This document shows, one piece after another, positions 36,022 to 39,059 of a stretch of DNA of 39,059 bases. A model generated the notes under the pieces. The model searched no databases. It was not told the DNA's origin and saw only the letters and a list, made by a program, of their open reading frames with translations. The stretch is from a virus (Duplodnaviria; Heunggongvirae; Uroviricota; Caudoviricetes). The stretch spans positions 1 through 39,059 of the IMG/VR virus record IMGVR_UViG_3300028888_000058. The stretch is one strand, 5' to 3'. Position numbers and translations under genes: made by a program. Numbering within the stretch: position 1 is the first letter of the stretch; each line of letters starts with the position of its first letter.

Positions 36022-39000
36022 GACAATACTGGACATATATTTTCTCTTCCTTCTTTTAATGAAAAACCAATTGGTTATGAATTTGAAGAAAACGATTATG
36101 TTTTTTGGATGAATGATCAATCATTATATAGATTATCAATTAACAATTATTATATTAAAGTCGTATATGCTTTATACCAAACTAATAATTTAGATAACTG
36201 TGATGTAGAAATATATTTTAATAATTCTAATGTATATAGTCTTGTATCACCAATAAAGATACAGGAATATATATCTAGTCTTGATGATATTAACGAAATA
36301 GTTGATATTGATTCAGTTTTAGAAGCATCATTATCTAAAATAACTAATGAAGATATATATGCAATATATACAACAGAAAATATAGGAGGCAATGATATAG
36401 ATTATTGTATAATTCCTATTTATGTCGTTGCGACTTCAAATTCTGAAGGATCATGGCTATCTAATTTAATGATCCATATAAATGACAATAATAATGAAAC
36501 TTGGTGTCCTATAACATTTGGCGGAGTATTTGTAGATGAATACGAAGAATTAATAATCAATGGACAAAACATGGGTATTAATCTTCCTAAAGACATTATA
36601 AAAGCAGTATATTCTGAAAGTTTTTATAATGATGAATATAATGTAGAAACATATAATAGAAAGCTTAAAGAATATTTGCTTAATTATATGGGAATACATG
36701 GTGAATTAGGAAACTATAATTCTGCTATTAAAGCATTAAATTGGTTTGAATATGGAGATAGAATATCAATATCAAAATTATTAAAAACAGATAATGAAGT
36801 TCAATCACAATATATAAGAGATTATTTTAATATTAAGAATGATGTTTTAAAATCATTTTATAAATTCAAATTAGATTCTTTAATATCATTAACATTAATG
36901 ATTAATAAAGAATTAGAAGAAACATATCCTATTGATTTTTCTACAGGTTGGCTTATGGGTGAAAGCAAACCAAAGTTATTGGATCTTTTAGATTTCTATG
37001 AAAAAATCAAAATAGGAAACCATGATATGCCTATTGATGATGATGTAGAAAAATATTTCTATTGGAAACCTTATTTTGATTTCTCATTTAATGAATTAGG
37101 ACTTAAACTTGCATGTCTTAAATATTATTATAAGAAATATTTTTTACCTATTCATCTTAATGTTCATACTGTTTCATTAGGCCAACGTGTATTTGCAAAT
37201 GATATAAAATGGAGTAATTACACGCAATCAAACTGTGCATTGCCAATTGCATATACATATAAAAATGAAAATGAAGTAGAATTCTTAGGAAATAATTTAC
37301 ATTATTTTACAAAACAAATACATTATATAGATGATAATTTTAATGAATTTGATCAAATATATATAAACAAGAATAATAATACAGTATTCTATGAATTAAA
37401 TGATACTTGCGTAAATATACCTATAAGATTCAAATCTAATAAATTATATAATTGCATCTTAATTTTAGAACGTCAAAACTATAAGAATATTGAATTTATA
37501 CATTATATTGAAAGCCCTATAAAAATTAAGCTTCATATTGATAAAGAAAATCATACTTATACAACATCAGTATCTGAAATTAATATTTATAAGAATTTTG
37601 AATTGTTAAATCTTAACAATATGAAATTCGCATATATCTATGGTAGTGAAAATCTTTATTCAGAATACTTTAACGGATTCAATAATATGATAGATGATGC
37701 TTATAAAATAGTATTAGGTATAAATGATATTGATTATGAATCTGATATTATAGATATTGAAAAAACTATCAAAATCAAAATTAAATGTGAAATTGATAAG
37801 TTTGATAATATTGTAATTGATAATAATTATGTAGATGATGAAATATATTTGGATAATTGCTGTGATGTTCTTTTAGAAAAACATTTCTCATTCTATAATG
37901 AAGATGATAATTATAAAAACTTTATATTATATCCAAAAAAGATTAATGTTAAAAATTTCATAGAAACAAATTTATTTGAATTTTGGATTAATTCAAATTA
38001 TGCATTAAAATTATGTGTAAATGGCAGATGGTATGAATATTCATTTAAAACTGCTATTACCAAACCAGTTATTGATTTTGGTAGATTAAAATATAAATAT
38101 TATTTAAATAATGTAAAGAGTTTAGTTAATAATGTTATTCCTGAAGATGATTATGATCATTATTTATTGATGCTTAGTAATAAAGATGAAACTAATACTA
38201 TTGATAGTGATGTAGAAATGGAAGATGATTATGATTGGGAAGACTTATATACTAAACTTAATTTAGATGATAATTATAGTTTAATAATTCCTGTTGATAC
38301 AAATAATGAATTATATGATACTGCAATTGATTATGGAATGATAAGTTTCTTTAATCAGTTATCAGATATAACAAATGATAAAGTAGCATTTAATGCTTAT
38401 ATGCATAATCCTTCATTTATAGAAGTAAATCATATTAATTTTGATATTGATATATTTAAGATATTAAAATATAACTTGGAAAATAACTTACAATATATTG
38501 ATGGCGAATTAATTAATGATCAATTCTATAGATATATAGAATATTATTCATATATTTATAATAATGACTATAGATTGAAAACATTCTTTAGTGATGAAGC
38601 AAATAACATATATGGATTAAAATGTTATATATTAGATAATGATAAGCATAAGAACGTATTTGTTCATTATGATTACAATAAAGAAGAATATTTTATATAT
38701 GATACTAATAATGAACTAATTAAAAAGTGGGAAACAAATGAAAAATTATATTTGAAATATGAAATATATATACATAATGATTTAGTTGGTAAAAATATAA
38801 ATATTATACAAACATCATTATCTAATTTAAAGCATACATTAATATGTGCTTATGGACAGAATATTTACATACTTAGAGAAACAGATGAAAACTCAAATAA
38901 GTATGTAATAATAAATGATGACTATACAGTAATAGAAGGAACTAATACTGAAGATAAAGTTATAAATAATGATGCTTATCCTTTATGGGGAGAATTCTTA

Positions 39001-39059
39001 ATTAATCTTGAAAGTATTGAATTTGAATTTAGATATGAAAATAACTGTTATGTTACAAA
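36010..39059 (+). CDS. Large protein (>1016 aa), 3'-truncated; possibly virion structural
   Basis: Read codon by codon from ATG 36010 (MEFVDNTGHIFSLPSF...) with no stop to window end; omitted by ORF track; product guess is from context only. Confidence 0.85.
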   Translation, partial: MEFVDNTGHIFSLPSFNEKPIGYEFEENDYVFWMNDQSLYRLSINNYYIKVVYALYQTNNLDNCDVEIYFNNSNVYSLVSPIKIQEYISSLDDINEIVDIDSVLEASLSKITNEDIYAIYTTENIGGNDIDYCIIPIYVVATSNSEGSWLSNLMIHINDNNNETWCPITFGGVFVDEYEELIINGQNMGINLPKDIIKAVYSESFYNDEYNVETYNRKLKEYLLNYMGIHGELGNYNSAIKALNWFEYGDRISISKLLKTDNEVQSQYIRDYFNIKNDVLKSFYKFKLDSLISLTLMINKELEETYPIDFSTGWLMGESKPKLLDLLDFYEKIKIGNHDMPIDDDVEKYFYWKPYFDFSFNELGLKLACLKYYYKKYFLPIHLNVHTVSLGQRVFANDIKWSNYTQSNCALPIAYTYKNENEVEFLGNNLHYFTKQIHYIDDNFNEFDQIYINKNNNTVFYELNDTCVNIPIRFKSNKLYNCILILERQNYKNIEFIHYIESPIKIKLHIDKENHTYTTSVSEINIYKNFELLNLNNMKFAYIYGSENLYSEYFNGFNNMIDDAYKIVLGINDIDYESDIIDIEKTIKIKIKCEIDKFDNIVIDNNYVDDEIYLDNCCDVLLEKHFSFYNEDDNYKNFILYPKKINVKNFIETNLFEFWINSNYALKLCVNGRWYEYSFKTAITKPVIDFGRLKYKYYLNNVKSLVNNVIPEDDYDHYLLMLSNKDETNTIDSDVEMEDDYDWEDLYTKLNLDDNYSLIIPVDTNNELYDTAIDYGMISFFNQLSDITNDKVAFNAYMHNPSFIEVNHINFDIDIFKILKYNLENNLQYIDGELINDQFYRYIEYYSYIYNNDYRLKTFFSDEANNIYGLKCYILDNDKHKNVFVHYDYNKEEYFIYDTNNELIKKWETNEKLYLKYEIYIHNDLVGKNINIIQTSLSNLKHTLICAYGQNIYILRETDENSNKYVIINDDYTVIEGTNTEDKVINNDAYPLWGEFLINLESIEFEFRYENNCYVT

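Noticed and set aside
355-36392. Many short antisense or alternative-frame ORFs in the track (e.g. 355-540, 3241-3543, 24277-24690, 29433-29753, 36150-36392)
   Set aside because: They are fully nested opposite or within well-supported genes, with low-complexity translations and no start context
1-39059. CRISPR array
   Set aside because: No series of equal repeats with unique spacers; only one 35-bp repeat pair and intragenic BspA repeats
1-39059. Genome-wide TAG-to-Gln recoding (code 15)
   Set aside because: Long ORFs are intact under code 11, and one TAG (13103-13105) coincides with a terminator as a genuine stop

Overview
A very AT-rich (about 25% GC by eye), gene-dense segment of a large tailed phage genome, probably a T4-related jumbo/megaphage infecting Bacteroidota. 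The host inference rests on TTTG-N19-TATATT promoters, the near absence of Shine-Dalgarno sites, and Bacteroidota-type lipoproteins. Bases 1-3.7 kb hold a chaperone cluster (dnaK 3' part, hsp20, dnaJ) plus a formate/nitrite channel. Bases 3.7-27.5 kb are an accessory region of short + strand cassettes. These include a Ro60/TROVE protein, an Rnl2-type RNA ligase, two HAD_SAK-type phosphatases, a CX5R phosphatase, a DUF1848 radical-SAM-like protein, two GT25 glycosyltransferases and a Tad2/DUF2829-like protein. Bases 27.6-32.9 kb are a minus-strand block ending in a 1213-aa primase-SF2 helicase fusion. From 33 kb come late/structural genes: a gp13-like neck protein, a BspA/DUF285 repeat protein, a papain-like protease, and an ORF of >1016 aa that runs off the window and is missing from the ORF track. 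The most striking unexplained signals are: (i) three proteins with a T4-type 10-residue capsid-targeting leader, one carrying a peptide resembling host RNA polymerase beta; (ii) the RNA ligase gene flanked by an antisense tRNA 5' fragment and a hammerhead-core-containing structured RNA; (iii) several start-codon/SD-occluding hairpins. All family assignments come from motif recognition by eye; no searches were run.
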